Positions 38,600 to 49,805 of a stretch of 64,000 bases of DNA are shown here, piece after piece. Within the stretch, counting starts at the first letter, position 1; each line of letters begins with the position of its first letter. The position numbers and the translations under genes were made by a program. Below the pieces are notes generated by a model. The model saw nothing but the letters and a program-made list of their open reading frames with translations, did no database searches and was not told where the DNA came from. Origin of the DNA: Takakia lepidozioides (lineage: Eukaryota; Plantae; Bryophyta); contig CM060733.1 in the NCBI GenBank assembly GCA_030704615.1, forward strand, positions 55,800,001 to 55,864,000, in the 5' to 3' direction.

Positions 38600-39300
38600 T
38601 TGACAAATTGGGTATGACCTATTAGTTGATAGACGCACAAAATGAGTTGTACGCGAGGTATTGCCAACCATTAAAACAGAATTTGTGTGGATGAGATGAT
38701 GGTCAAGTACAAAGAGAAGTATTCTAAACTACAACAGTACATGGCCAAGAAACCAGCGAAGTGAGGGATAATTGAAATTTGGTGCTTAGCCAATGCTAGA
38801 TCTAGGTGTGTGTAGAAGATGGAGGTGTATCTTGGAAAAGATGACGTGGTTGATTTGTCTCATGACATGGGGTATTATGTCGTGAATAGATTATTGTCTG
38901 GCTTCAAGGGCAATGATCATATTGTGACAACGGACAATTTTTTTTAAACTCCTCTGTTCTTCTATGATTTGGCTGCCCAAGGCATTTATACCAGCATTCG
39001 TACTGTCAAGACTATCCGCGTCGGATTTCCTACATGTTTGGATTTGGGGAAAGTGGAGAGAGGGGTAAGCTTGTATGGTGCATGCAGATATCTAACAAGA
39101 TTGTGACCGCCTTCTCTTGGTATGACAATAGGTGTGTTACCTTGTTGTCCACTATGGTGAGCCCCAATGCTGCGAACTGTTTCATACATCGGTGGCACAA
39201 TATTGCTGCTCATCGTCTTGTCGATCCATCCCCCATTGCGCAACACTACCACTGACACATGAAGGGGGTAATTACATATTGAACAGTGGAAGACCTATAA
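38600..39300 (+). mobile_element. Degenerate piggyBac-like transposase (DDE_Tnp_1_7) fragment
   Basis: Translation from ~38685: CVDEMMVKYKEKYSKLQQYMAKKPAK*G..IWCLA...MEVYLGK...VVNRLLSGFKGNDHIVTTDNFF*TP..F. This matches the piggyBac catalytic blocks (DE.M..F.G...QY...KP.K.G.K; H.V..DN.FTS). Confidence 0.82.
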
Positions 39301-41514
39301 TCGTGTAGCCTTACGACAGAAGAACCCTCTATTCCCGCAGACGTTTTTTGATGACATAAGAGGTCTAACTACAACCGTGTACCCTGAGATCATGATTGTA
39401 GACAATTCCTACAAGGGCAGGATGTTGCTCAATAGAGGAGGCCATGACCATCTGAATTAAATGAGTTGGAACATTTTTCATGTGATAGGGGCCCAATATG
39501 CAAGATAGAAACGATACTGCTCCAAAAGGATGTTCTGCTGACTTAACATCAGCAGGTGATTGAGGCAATGGTCATCTATCCCGAAGCCTGAGTAGAATGA
39601 TCAGATGCAGCTACGGCAAGCTGTGAAACATGCGCATAGGGTTTAGGATGAACATTGTAAAGAAAACTGGGAGTTTGACCATTTAGTGTATGCACAGGCG
39701 CATACAGTTTTAGGGAAGCTCTAGTCTCAGACATCAATGTGTTCATTTTGGGTATAAACAGGCGCATACAAGTTTTTTATGGCGAAATGAATCTCAGACA
39801 ACAGCCCTCAGTATGTTCAATTCGGGTATAAGCAAGCGCATACATATTTTCATGGCGAAATGAAACTCAGACAATTGCCCTTAGTGTATTCATTCTGGGT
39901 ATAAGCGGACTACAAGATGTGCTAGCCGGGCTTTCCGTTGCTCCGCACTGATCCTAGTGACGACTTCAGCGAACAATATCCAAGAAAATGTGATGGATTC
40001 AAAGTTCAACATGGTGTTCCTCTGGGGATGAAATGGCCTCGATAAGTTACGCTTGCTTGGCAAGATCAGTCTTCATGTTCTTACAAACATCTATATTCTA
40101 TCATAGAGTTCGTCGATGTGTATTTGTAATCTAATAATAGATCTCTATTTTTAGAGTATATATACAAAGAATGGAGAAGAAGCAAAAAGTTTGGAAATGA
40201 GTACTCATCATCACCTGTTAGCATTAAATCAAATCCATATACGACACCATGTTATGTAAATTGAAATATGTTCACCACAGAACCAAAATCATTTTAAAAA
40301 GTACTCATCATGAAAGCACAAGCGGAAGGGAGACGGCATACCAGCTGACCAGGGAAACCCCCTTTCACAAGGTAGTAACTCAACATGGTTTTATTTTTCT
40401 GTGTTTCTTGCTTACGAAGTTAAGATTTGTATTTTCTTGATTCTGACTATTCAGGCGAAAAATCATGGTTTAATTAGAGCTCATATATGGTCTCTAGGGA
40501 CATGCCCTTTTTACTGTTGTTGGCAAATTTACTTGTGTTTTCGCCGAAGCTAAATCATGAATAATAGCTTAATGTTAAATTGCAGAGATGACCGCTAGTT
40601 CGGAGCTGGTATAGCGTTAGACAACAATAGGGTCCATTAGTCTTCATCATTATTTTCGCTGCCGATACAACAATTAAAGAAAAACACACGACATTTTCAA
40701 AAAAAAAAAAAACATCCAATAAAAACAGACAAAACTTCTTCTTTTAACTACTTCCCAATATAAGCTCACAAAGTAGTTTTAGGTTCCCTTTTGTGAACCT
40801 ACATGACCTTTTGGTGGTTATTTTTTCCACTCGTTAATCTATTTCATGGCTCTGTTCCCCTTCCAAAAGAAAATAATAATCATGTAAACATAGGGGTAAC
40901 TGAAACCATACCTCCGAGAAGAGAGAGGCTCAGTAGATAGAGAGAGAGATCTAAGCATAAGTGCCACTTCTCATACTTCTTATTCATGAATAGACTCACG
41001 ACGGGTGTGATCCGGTACTGTTGGACCGGTATATGGGGGCAAGGCGGGGTATCAGCACGGGTAAGGGTATCGCAGCAGGGTACCAGCACAGTTATTTGAT
41101 TTCTTTCATAACCTCCAGTTCCGGTATTTATAAAATCTTAGAATCAAATAACCTCCAGTTTTTCTCATATATTTTCTATGGAAAGGACCACCGGTTTCCG
41201 ATGAATTATAAGAACCTCAAAGAACTGGCGATTTTCATCAAATATATGGTGGGTCTTTGATGAAACTTGACGGTTTTTAGGCTAGTTATTTCAAAACTAC
41301 GTAACTGGCAGTTATGAACTTTTGCCAGTTCTTTAATTTTTTGGGAACCACAGTTAATATATATCCATAACCTCCAAGGGTTTGCAGCTAAATCATAGAA
41401 CCTCCCAAGAGTGGTGGCTCAAGAAGTACCTCAGCTTCCTTATAATGCATCTCTGGTGTGGCAATTGAATATTTTGCTCCCTCTTGGGTTTGTAGGCAAG
41501 CATGTTCATCAACT

Positions 41515-41952
41515 TGTCAAATCCTCCCCACCCCCTCTTACTCCGGATTCATTATTAAATATACTATTAAATACTATAAAATGCTGGAGGTTATCAAATA
41601 GCGGTGAGTAGCCTGAGTACGATAAAGTGATGGCATTGTAGGTGGCGGGGTGCCAGGTCCAATTCTTGATGGGTGGGTGACTAGTGTAACTCCAACTAGT
41701 GTAATCTCGTGTCTAATCATGTGTAGTGTCAGTTTGTGTCTTGTGTAACTCATCTTAGTATATTTTATACTTCGTTAAATCTTGAGACCAAGTGTGAGTT
41801 ATACCGATTGGATTTACACTCCCTATCGTGCAGTAACTCTGAGCGGAACACTTCATCCCATCTAACCTAATGTCACCCCGATTAGAGTTACGCTCCTTTC
41901 AGTTCCCTTCAGTACCATGTCGCTCTTGAGAAGGGTTGGGAAAGATTTGATA
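41515..41952. mobile_element. MITE-like element, copy 2 (homologue of 24989-25309)
   Basis: Same left end TGTCAAATCCTCCCCACCCCCTCTT; diverged right end GAGAAGGGTTGGGAAAGATTTGATA; shared internal GTGTAACT motifs. Confidence 0.55.
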
Positions 41953-42349
41953 TGCCAATAACCACCCAAAGTTGATTGAGTATGTGCAATACCGTGCTTT
42001 TCCTCTGCTTTTCTTACCATTCTAATAGAGAGAGCACGTGTGCATTAAGTTCTTACATTATTCATGATATTCTTCAATATGTTTTAGTTTCTAGGGGACT
42101 GTTTGGAGTGTATTGATAAATGTATAGATAGACTAGTAAATTACTGTATTATGGGCATAGTGGTACCCTATAAACGCACCATCGCACTATATCTATGTGA
42201 AAACATAAAATCTCTATTACCAAGGTTTGTGCTCACAAGATACCAATCCCCCTCGGCGAAGGCCAACCTAAACTCAAACTCCTTCCCCGCGAACCAAGTA
42301 CCGTCAACAGTCCAAGTCCCCATATCCAAGTCTAGCCCGCCTCATGTGG

Positions 42350-42700
42350 TCATTGACCCCACGCTGAGTTTGAGCGGAACACAAAGTGACAGAACCTACC
42401 TTTGTTCGGGGCTGATGTCGGTAATAAGACTTACCTTGGAATAAAGAATTGATCCGGAGATATCCTCTAGAAATCCCTTCACCCAAGCATCAATCTGCTG
42501 TGGTTTGAGAGGGAGAGAAAAAATAAAATAAAAAAATAAAAAATCATATGACGTTATTTGCCATAGCCTTGCGGCCGTTGACCCCACGCCCAATTTGAGC
42601 AAAACACAAAAGGATAGAACCTACATTTGTCAAGGTTGGCTGACGTTGGTAGTAAGACTTACCTTGAAATAAACAATTGATCCATTCACACAAGCATCAT
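42350..42700. repeat. Short direct duplication at the LINE 3' end
   Basis: TTGACCCCACGC...AGAACCTAC...TAAGACTTACCTTG...AATTGATCC occurs at ~42352-42456 and ~42578-42684. Confidence 0.7.
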
Positions 42701-43739
42701 GAATTGGTTTTATCCAATAACTTAGCCCCAAAAGGGCCTGGGCTTTTGGCTCAGCCTCAAGACTCTCAAAGTTGGTAAACAGAGATATAGACACAATTCC
42801 CTTGATAGATTTAAGGAGAACGTCTCTCTGGTTAGAGAACCCCGGACAATGAATTAGAAAATGAATGTCTTCAGGTTGCCCACACAACGGGCAATTGCAC
42901 TCTCCCTTCCCTCTCTGCTTTTGTTTGCTGTTCAAAGGTAGGGCGCTTCCCCCCCCCCGAGTTTAAATTTCAGTCTAGATAGTGCCGAGAGTGGGTAGAC
43001 CCTTGAGGTCATCCATGATCTCTTCCCCCATGTCACGGACTAAAAACAAGTTTAGGGAAATTTTCTGCCTAACTTCATTTTCATCAGACAATATATTTCC
43101 TGGCAACAGACATGGTTTTGGACACTACACCTTTTAAGTCAGATTTATCCAGGGTCAAGACTTGTGGATTAAGATTCAGATCCTTGATAATCTCTTCTAC
43201 TCTCTATCTGATGTTGGACATATGTTGCATCTGACCCCACCATCTGACCTTGAATTCATCTATTCGGGAGCTTAAGGAAGGTATACCAAACTCACCCCGA
43301 ACAGCCACATTGGTTGTTTTGGAGCATGTTGACATGCACTCCTTAAGCATCCCCACTTGAATGGATTCTATAGACTTAGCTAGCTGGTTGGAGGTATCAA
43401 CCCATATTGCAGATGCGTACTCCAAGGCAGGTCTCATAACGCGACAAAGCATGGTATTCTTTGACCTCAGAGTTGATCCCTCTGCTCCCAATTACAATTC
43501 AAGGAAAACTCAACGCCCAGGTATGTGTAGGAAGGGAATCCACCGGAATCTCTTGGCTACCCCACTGCCACTTGAGATCACTTCCTCTCTCTCATCGGTT
43601 GTTGAATGCCACCACAACACATTTACTGCATGACGTTGTCTTCTAGCTCCCAAAGGTCACAATATCTCTTTGCGCAATCAATCAACTCCTGGAGGTTGGA
43701 AGGAGTCTCCCCTATGCCTGCGAAGTCATCCGCAAACAT

Positions 43740-43740
<1 letters not shown>
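42630..43740 (-). mobile_element. 5'-truncated non-LTR retrotransposon (LINE) remnant
   Basis: Minus strand: MFADDFAG (RT catalytic motif, ending ~43740), LQELID, MRPALEYASAIW...AVRGEFG (post-RT region), CPLCGQPEDIHFLIHCP (C-terminal zinc knuckle); frameshifted. Confidence 0.82.

Positions 43741-43744
<4 letters not shown>

Positions 43745-43777
<33 letters not shown>
43745..43777. repeat. (GA)n microsatellite at the LINE/LTR junction
   Basis: Directly visible. Confidence 0.9.
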
Positions 43778-43782
<5 letters not shown>

Positions 43783-43784
<2 letters not shown>

Positions 43785-44111
43785 TGATATTGGGATTTGC
43801 GGAAAGCCAGGAGGATGATGAGAAGTTGAGGGACTTAGGGCATCACCACATGAGCGGCACTGGAAGCAAACGCGAGACTATGATTGGTCACTTCATGTCA
43901 GTGCGGCACCATCACCTACCATACGAGAGGAACAATGTCGTGCGTTTACATATCGCTACACAACTACATCGCTGTCCAAAACCACACAACACATGTGCAC
44001 ACCACACACTAGTATACCACTAGTCCACCACTAGTCCAACCACTAGGCTACAACTAGTCAGTCACTAGGCTGCCACTATGCTGCCCACTATGGCAGTCAC
44101 TAGTCCACACA
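43783..44111 (-). repeat. 3' LTR (possibly partial) of the Gypsy element
   Basis: Minus strand: PPT-like AGCTAGGGGGGCGAT immediately followed by TGTGTGGACTAG at 44111; ends ...ATATCACA at 43783 (or ...TACA at 43779). Confidence 0.6.
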
Positions 44112-44371
44112 ATCGCCCCCCTAGCTGGTGCTTAGGTCCCTCTAAGTCCAGGTAGCCACAAGATGTGATAGTGACCATAGCTTCACTAAGTCCTCCACCA
44201 CTATCCCTACTACACTCAAACTCGATAGATCAAGAGGTCGGGTGCAAGAGTTGCCCCATCGTTAGTCGCCGTCTTGCAACCTGTGAACTTGAGCTTGGGA
44301 TCTCATGTATTGACTCCTATGAGCTTGGCCTCCCATGTCTTGTTAGCTGCCTCCAGTCATGTCCACTGCCA

Positions 44372-45720
44372 CTATCCCAAGCAGTGTGGACACAACCAAT
44401 CTCCGTCAGGAACCTTCTCAAGAGGTGGTGTCAAGCATCCCATATGCCAACCCCTTGAGCATCGATCACACACCAGCATGGTGGCTACCCCTTTGGCAGA
44501 CCCACAGAGCATGCACCTCAAACCTGCAGGTACCACTGCCAAGTTTGGATCAACTTTGCCATCGACATTGGGAAGGTGACATGGCGCACAATTACGCACA
44601 TGGTCCTTCCAAGTCATGCCATCCCGACCCTCAAAGATCAGGACCCCTGAGGGCAACACCTCTCGAACCCTCAGAATAACACGCCCTGCAGTAACATCCA
44701 GAGTCATAGGAGCAGTCTGCTGCAAATAAACATAGTCACCAGGGCTAAACCTCCGAACCCCAGGACGATATCCTCCACCACGTATAGTGGCATACCTCAA
44801 CGTATCACGGTGTTGTGCAATGGCAAGGTTCTCAAAAGCCATGGGCATGACTTTCTTGAACAACTCTGCACGCTGATCACATGCACGTACCCACACGTCC
44901 GGATCGTCAAGGTTAAGGACTTGAGCAGTGTCCCTACGAATGGCTGCAGGCAAATCCGGCTCTCAGCCAAAGAGAAGGAAATATGGTGAGAAGGAGGCAA
45001 GTGATGCTTGTTTGTTGAACGTGTAGCCCATGGCTAACCAAGGAACCTGAAGATCCCAATCTCCTAGGTGTCCCTTCTGCAAGCCATACTTGCGCAAACC
45101 CCTCTTCACCGTCTAAACAACTCTCTCTGCTAAGCCATCGGCCTCAGGATGATCCCAAGAAGTGGTGCGGTGGTCTATCAAGGCTTTATCACATAAAGCC
45201 TGAAAAACTCCCCCAAAAACTCTCTCCCTTGGTCTGTGAGTACCTCAGCTGGAGCACCAAATCGGCTAAGCACACAATCCAAGAATGCATACGCAGCCCC
45301 CTCACTAGCCTTGTCAGGCAATGGGACCAACTCAATCCACTTGGAGAAAGTGCTCCACCATCACCAACACATATCTGTGGTGGCGCATAGTCAGTGGCAA
45401 CGGTCCTGCGAAGTCAAGACTCCCCTGTAGCCTAATCCCATGATTGGTAAAGGATGCAACTGTGGTGTAGGGGCGTTGAATGAAGCACGCACCCTGTCAC
45501 ACACCATGCACCTAGCCACGAACTGTTGCACCTCTGTATGCATACCACGCCACCAATACTGCCCCTGCAGTAAACTGTGAGTGCGTCGCACTCCAAAATG
45601 CCCCAACTCCTCATGGGCATGCCGCACTAACCGTGCACACTGTGTGGGGTGAGGCATAATCCTCACCCGACCATCCTCCCACACTCGAAGTAGGTGTATC
45701 CCCTCCCACTTGAACCTCTT
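44372..45720 (-). pseudogene. Gypsy integrase with C-terminal PHD finger
   Basis: HHCC motif (HEELGHFG...CMVC), LDFAGP, LTDQG, HPEADGLAER catalytic blocks across frameshifts; C-terminus CMLC...LVCDRCSRGWHMGCLTPPLEKVPDGDWLCPHC (C4HC3). Confidence 0.92.
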
Positions 45721-45999
45721 GGCTCGTTGCAGGATCCGATCCCTCTCCCTGGCAGTCACAATGGCTGCCGTGTCTCCCGTGCGGAGGTAGTCCAACACAG
45801 CCGAATCCTCATGTATATCTCTGGCACCACCTAGCTCATCACTAGCCTCAGGGTCCTCAGACACTCCGTCTACAGTCATCCCTGTTGTAGGTCCAATCTG
45901 ACCTCCCGATGCCAAGATACACAAAAATACAGATGCGTGCCATCCCGGCACCATCTCCTCGTCCGTCTCACCATGCCACCGAGCTCCAGTGTCATCCTG

Positions 46000-47345
46000 C
46001 TGGCTCATGCATGGATTGCGACTCAATCCATCCGCATCCCGATTGACCAAACCGGTCGATGCACAACCTGAAAGTCATACTCCTGGAGTATAAGTGCCCA
46101 CCGTGCAAGCTTCCCCGTAAGCTTGTCTGACTCCATCAACCACTTGAGTGGCTGGTGATCCGTGACAAGGGTGAAAAGATTGTCGTATAGATAGCACCTG
46201 AAGTGTGCCACGGCCCACACTGCAGCTAAGCACTCTCCCTCATATGAGCTGTACTTAGCCTCTGCAGCGTTGTTCGAGCGGCTAGCGTAAGCCAATACGA
46301 ACTCTCTTCCCTCATCATCCACCTGTGTGAGCACCGCTCCAAGCCCCAGCATGCTCCAATCCGTATGCAGCTGAAAGGGACGCCCCCTGATAGGTCGTCT
46401 CAAGATAGGCGCCGAGGTCAACCTCGCCTTGAGCTCTTGAAAAGCTCGTTCCTGCTCATCTTCCCACTGCCACTCCTGGTCCACCTTGGTCAGCTTGGTT
46501 AGAGCCTTTGCAATGGTACTAAATCCCTTGACAAACCGTCTATAATAGTTTGCCAACCCCATGAAAGCTCGAACTCGGCTCACATCCGTGGGGCGTGGAA
46601 TTTGTGCAATGGCCTCTACCTTAGTCTCTGTACCCCCAATCCTCCAGGATATATCATGTGACCCAGATACTCAATCTGGTTGTGGAAAAACTTGCACTTC
46701 CCCGGATCCAACTTCAATCCGTGCGCTCTCAAGCGCTCCAATACCACCTGAAGGTGTCTCTCATGCTCCTCCATCGTAACACTAAAGATGATGTTCATCT
46801 ATGTAGCACCGAGCAAAGTCCACCCCTGCTAGAATCCTATCCATGACTCTCTGAAACTCTGCAGGAGCATTCTTAAGCCCAAATGGTAAGAACCGCCACT
46901 GATATAGGCAATCCTTGCCGTGCTCATTGATCCCCCAGAATGCCGCCTGCTTGTCCGCCTCCTTGATTGGCAACTGGTGATATCCGGATCGTAAATCCAA
47001 AGTGCTAAAGGCCTTAGCATGCCCGATGGCATCAAAGATCTCCTCTGGTGTTGGCATGGCATACTTATCGGACTTGGTCTGACGATTTACAGCCGGTAAT
47101 CACCGCACATACGTCTCTCCGTCCAATTGCCATAGACATCCTTCTTGGCTGGCATCACTGTGGCTGAAGCATACTCTCCACCAGAGAGCTCCACCAAACC
47201 TGCCTCCCAGAGATCTTGAGTCCTCATCTGAATCAAAGACCTCTCCATGTCACTGTATCTATAGGGTCTCCGAAAGATTGGCGTGTCAGTGGCCAACTCA
47301 ATACGGATCTCTTGACCCTTCAGTGCTCCCAAGTCCTTCAAACTG
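46000..47345 (-). pseudogene. Gypsy reverse transcriptase and RNase H
   Basis: RMCGDYR, FSTLDLRSGYHQL, LPFGLKNAPAEFQRVMD, CYID(D) broken by an indel, IEYLGHMI, VRAFMGLANYYRRFV, LHTDWS, YEGECLA, TDHQPLKWL, LARWAL, DADGLSR. Confidence 0.95.
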
Positions 47346-47799
47346 AAGGCAAAGCAATTCCTGTAAGCCCTCAGGAACCGCCGTATACGTCGTCTCTCTC
47401 CTCCGGTGACAATGGGTCCAATGTCAGGCTCCCAATTGTCCTCCGTAACTGCAACCTTAAGTCCAGTGGGCTTAGAGGTAGAGGACGCGTCCAGTGGTTG
47501 CTATGTTGCAACCTCTTGAGCAGTACTCCCTGCCTGCTCAGTCAATGACAAGGCCTCATCCTGCCCCATCATCTCATCCTTGAGGACCTCCTCAACCCGA
47601 GAAGAATCCCCAACCTCATCCATCACAGCCGCCTTGGCTGCCAACTCCCTCTGAACCTCGAGCACCTCCCACGTGTGCCATGGATGCATGCACCCCGTGG
47701 TCCTCACATGCTCGCCCCCACTCACTGCCTGTACCGTCTCGGTAGGCAGAGAGACCATTGAGGGAAGTGTACTCCGCACTCTGCGTTGCTCAGCCAGAG

Positions 47800-48750
47800 C
47801 CAAGCTGATAATCCAGGTCAAGCAATTGAGATCCATTGCTTGCCCCAACACTTGACGACGTGATGCCTCAGAAAGAGACGACACCGCCGTGGTACCAGTG
47901 GTAAAACCCATTGCCCGCTCACGCTCGTCAGCATTAGGCTCCACTAACTGCTGCAACTGAGCATCCCACAGGAGGCCAGGTCCACTATCCCGGAAAGCAT
48001 GCGATCCTGGGAAGCTGAGCAGTGTAGGTAATGCTGCTCGTGGTTGACCCACCTTGTTGACCACTGCCAAAGGCGAACGGTCATCGTGTCTCACACGCTG
48101 AGACTGCCTCCCTGTGTCCAAATGTTATCCACTGTGAGATGTGCTGGCCGCTGCACCCCATCAAATGCACGCTTGAGCAGTGCGGGTGGCATCAAGTTAG
48201 TCCACCATAGCCGTGGACGATGAGCCCGTGACCCCACTGTAGCTGCATCTAGCAACACTGCTGACCCAAGCCACGACCGGACTTGATGCACACTGGCCAT
48301 CACCCTGGCCCGAGAATCGCCCATCAGTGGCACATTCTCCAAGATGTATGCTGGAGATACAGCTTGATGAAGCTGCAAGTGGCGCAAAACCCGCACCATC
48401 TCCCAAAACAGACCCGACCTCGAGTCTCGCAATCCATTGCCATGCCCGGCTGATGAATGCCCTTGGCAGGGCCAACCTGCCACTACCAGATCAATGGAGC
48501 CAACCCGCTCCAAATCCTGCGCCCCCAGCAACGAAATGTCTGCTGGCAAGGCCTGCTGATATCCACGAATTGCAGACACCGACAACAACTCAGGGTACCG
48601 CTGCACCAACTGAGCAACATGGCGAAGTGAAACGCGTCGTGCAGTCTCATCCCTCTCCACATACAGGTAACGCCGAACTCGTACACCTGCTTGTAACACA
48701 GCAGCCAATCCGGTGCTGATCCCGCCAAACAAGTCCAGAAGACAAATGCC
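47800..48750 (-). pseudogene. C5 cytosine DNA methyltransferase domain (DNMT3-like) within the retrotransposon polyprotein
   Basis: Motif I LDLFGGISTG (48718-48738), II YVE, III ADI, IV DLVVAGWPCQ (48463-48477), GLFWEMVR, VI YILENV (48331-48339), VIII AHRPRLWWTN (48196-48219), IX ERERAMGF (47903-47926), X RRQVLGQAM (47834-47848). One 1-nt frameshift near 48120. Confidence 0.93.
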
Positions 48751-49109
48751 TTCATCCGGATACTGCCACACAATAGGTGTGGTGTCCAATGGAGACAATT
48801 GAGGTGGTCCTGGTGCAATCCCCACACTCTCCTCCTCTCCTGACGGTACAAAAGCCTCCACCCAGGCTTGTTGCACCCGTCGATCAGCATCCCGCTGCAA
48901 ATCCTTGCTCGTGCCCCACAATGGAGTCTGAGCAACCATGGTAGGCAACTCCGCCATACCATACATGTCATCCTGCTCTCCCGGAGGTGGTACATCCTCT
49001 GAATGAGCATTGCCCTCAAGCAACTCTCTAGGCCAACTCACTGCCGCTGTGAATGCTGCTAGTGTCGGCATCTTGCCTCGCTGGGCAACCGCAACTCCTC
49101 CTATGAACG

Positions 49110-49805
49110 TCACAGGGAGCTGCACACGCCGCCCTCCCCTGACTGCCATGCAGGCCTATAGGAAGCTGACTCCTCCCAAAAATCCAGGGTGAAGCCCATG
49201 GGGTACAACACTGCCCCACCAACCAGGACATCGTATGAGACCGCGTCTGTCACAATGGCCTTGGCTCGCATCACTGAGCCATCTGTAGGGTGATCTGGCC
49301 GTAGTCTGATAGCCAACTCATGCCATGTCATGCCGCGAGCCTGCTCCGATCCTCCCAGAGACGTCTGTATCTGGAAAGGACAAGGCTCCATATCCGCCTC
49401 CGTGAGGCCCAAGCCTGCAATAGCAGCTCTGCCCAGCATCAATGGCTGAGCTCCCGAGTCCAACAAGACCCGCAGTGGCCGGTACCTCTTGCCTGCCGGT
49501 CCACTCAAACAGAAAATGTCATCCTGGTTGTCTAACATGACAACTCCAGGTGTCACCATGGCGCGCTCAATGGCTGGCCTAGCTGGCAGCTCCATCAACC
49601 TGGCAGCTGCAGCTTGCCATGGCGCCGTCGTGGCAGTCTTGATCCTCAAATCCGAGGATCCCTCCGGCACTACACCTCCCACTATCTCCGCAGAAGATGA
49701 AGTAACCTCCCCACTCTCACAGAGTGTAGCTGCCAGCCTGAACACCTCAGCTGGTTTTACCCCCGCGTCGCAATCATGGTAGCCGAGAACAATGGAGCCT
49801 GGCAC
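49110..49805 (-). pseudogene. Retropepsin-like aspartic protease of the Gypsy element
   Basis: VLLDSGAQ catalytic motif and the downstream YDVLVG motif. Confidence 0.85.

Noticed and set aside
39300-39800. SGYTVVVRPLMS resembling RecQ helicase motif Ia
   Set aside because: No Walker A or DEAH motif nearby; likely chance.
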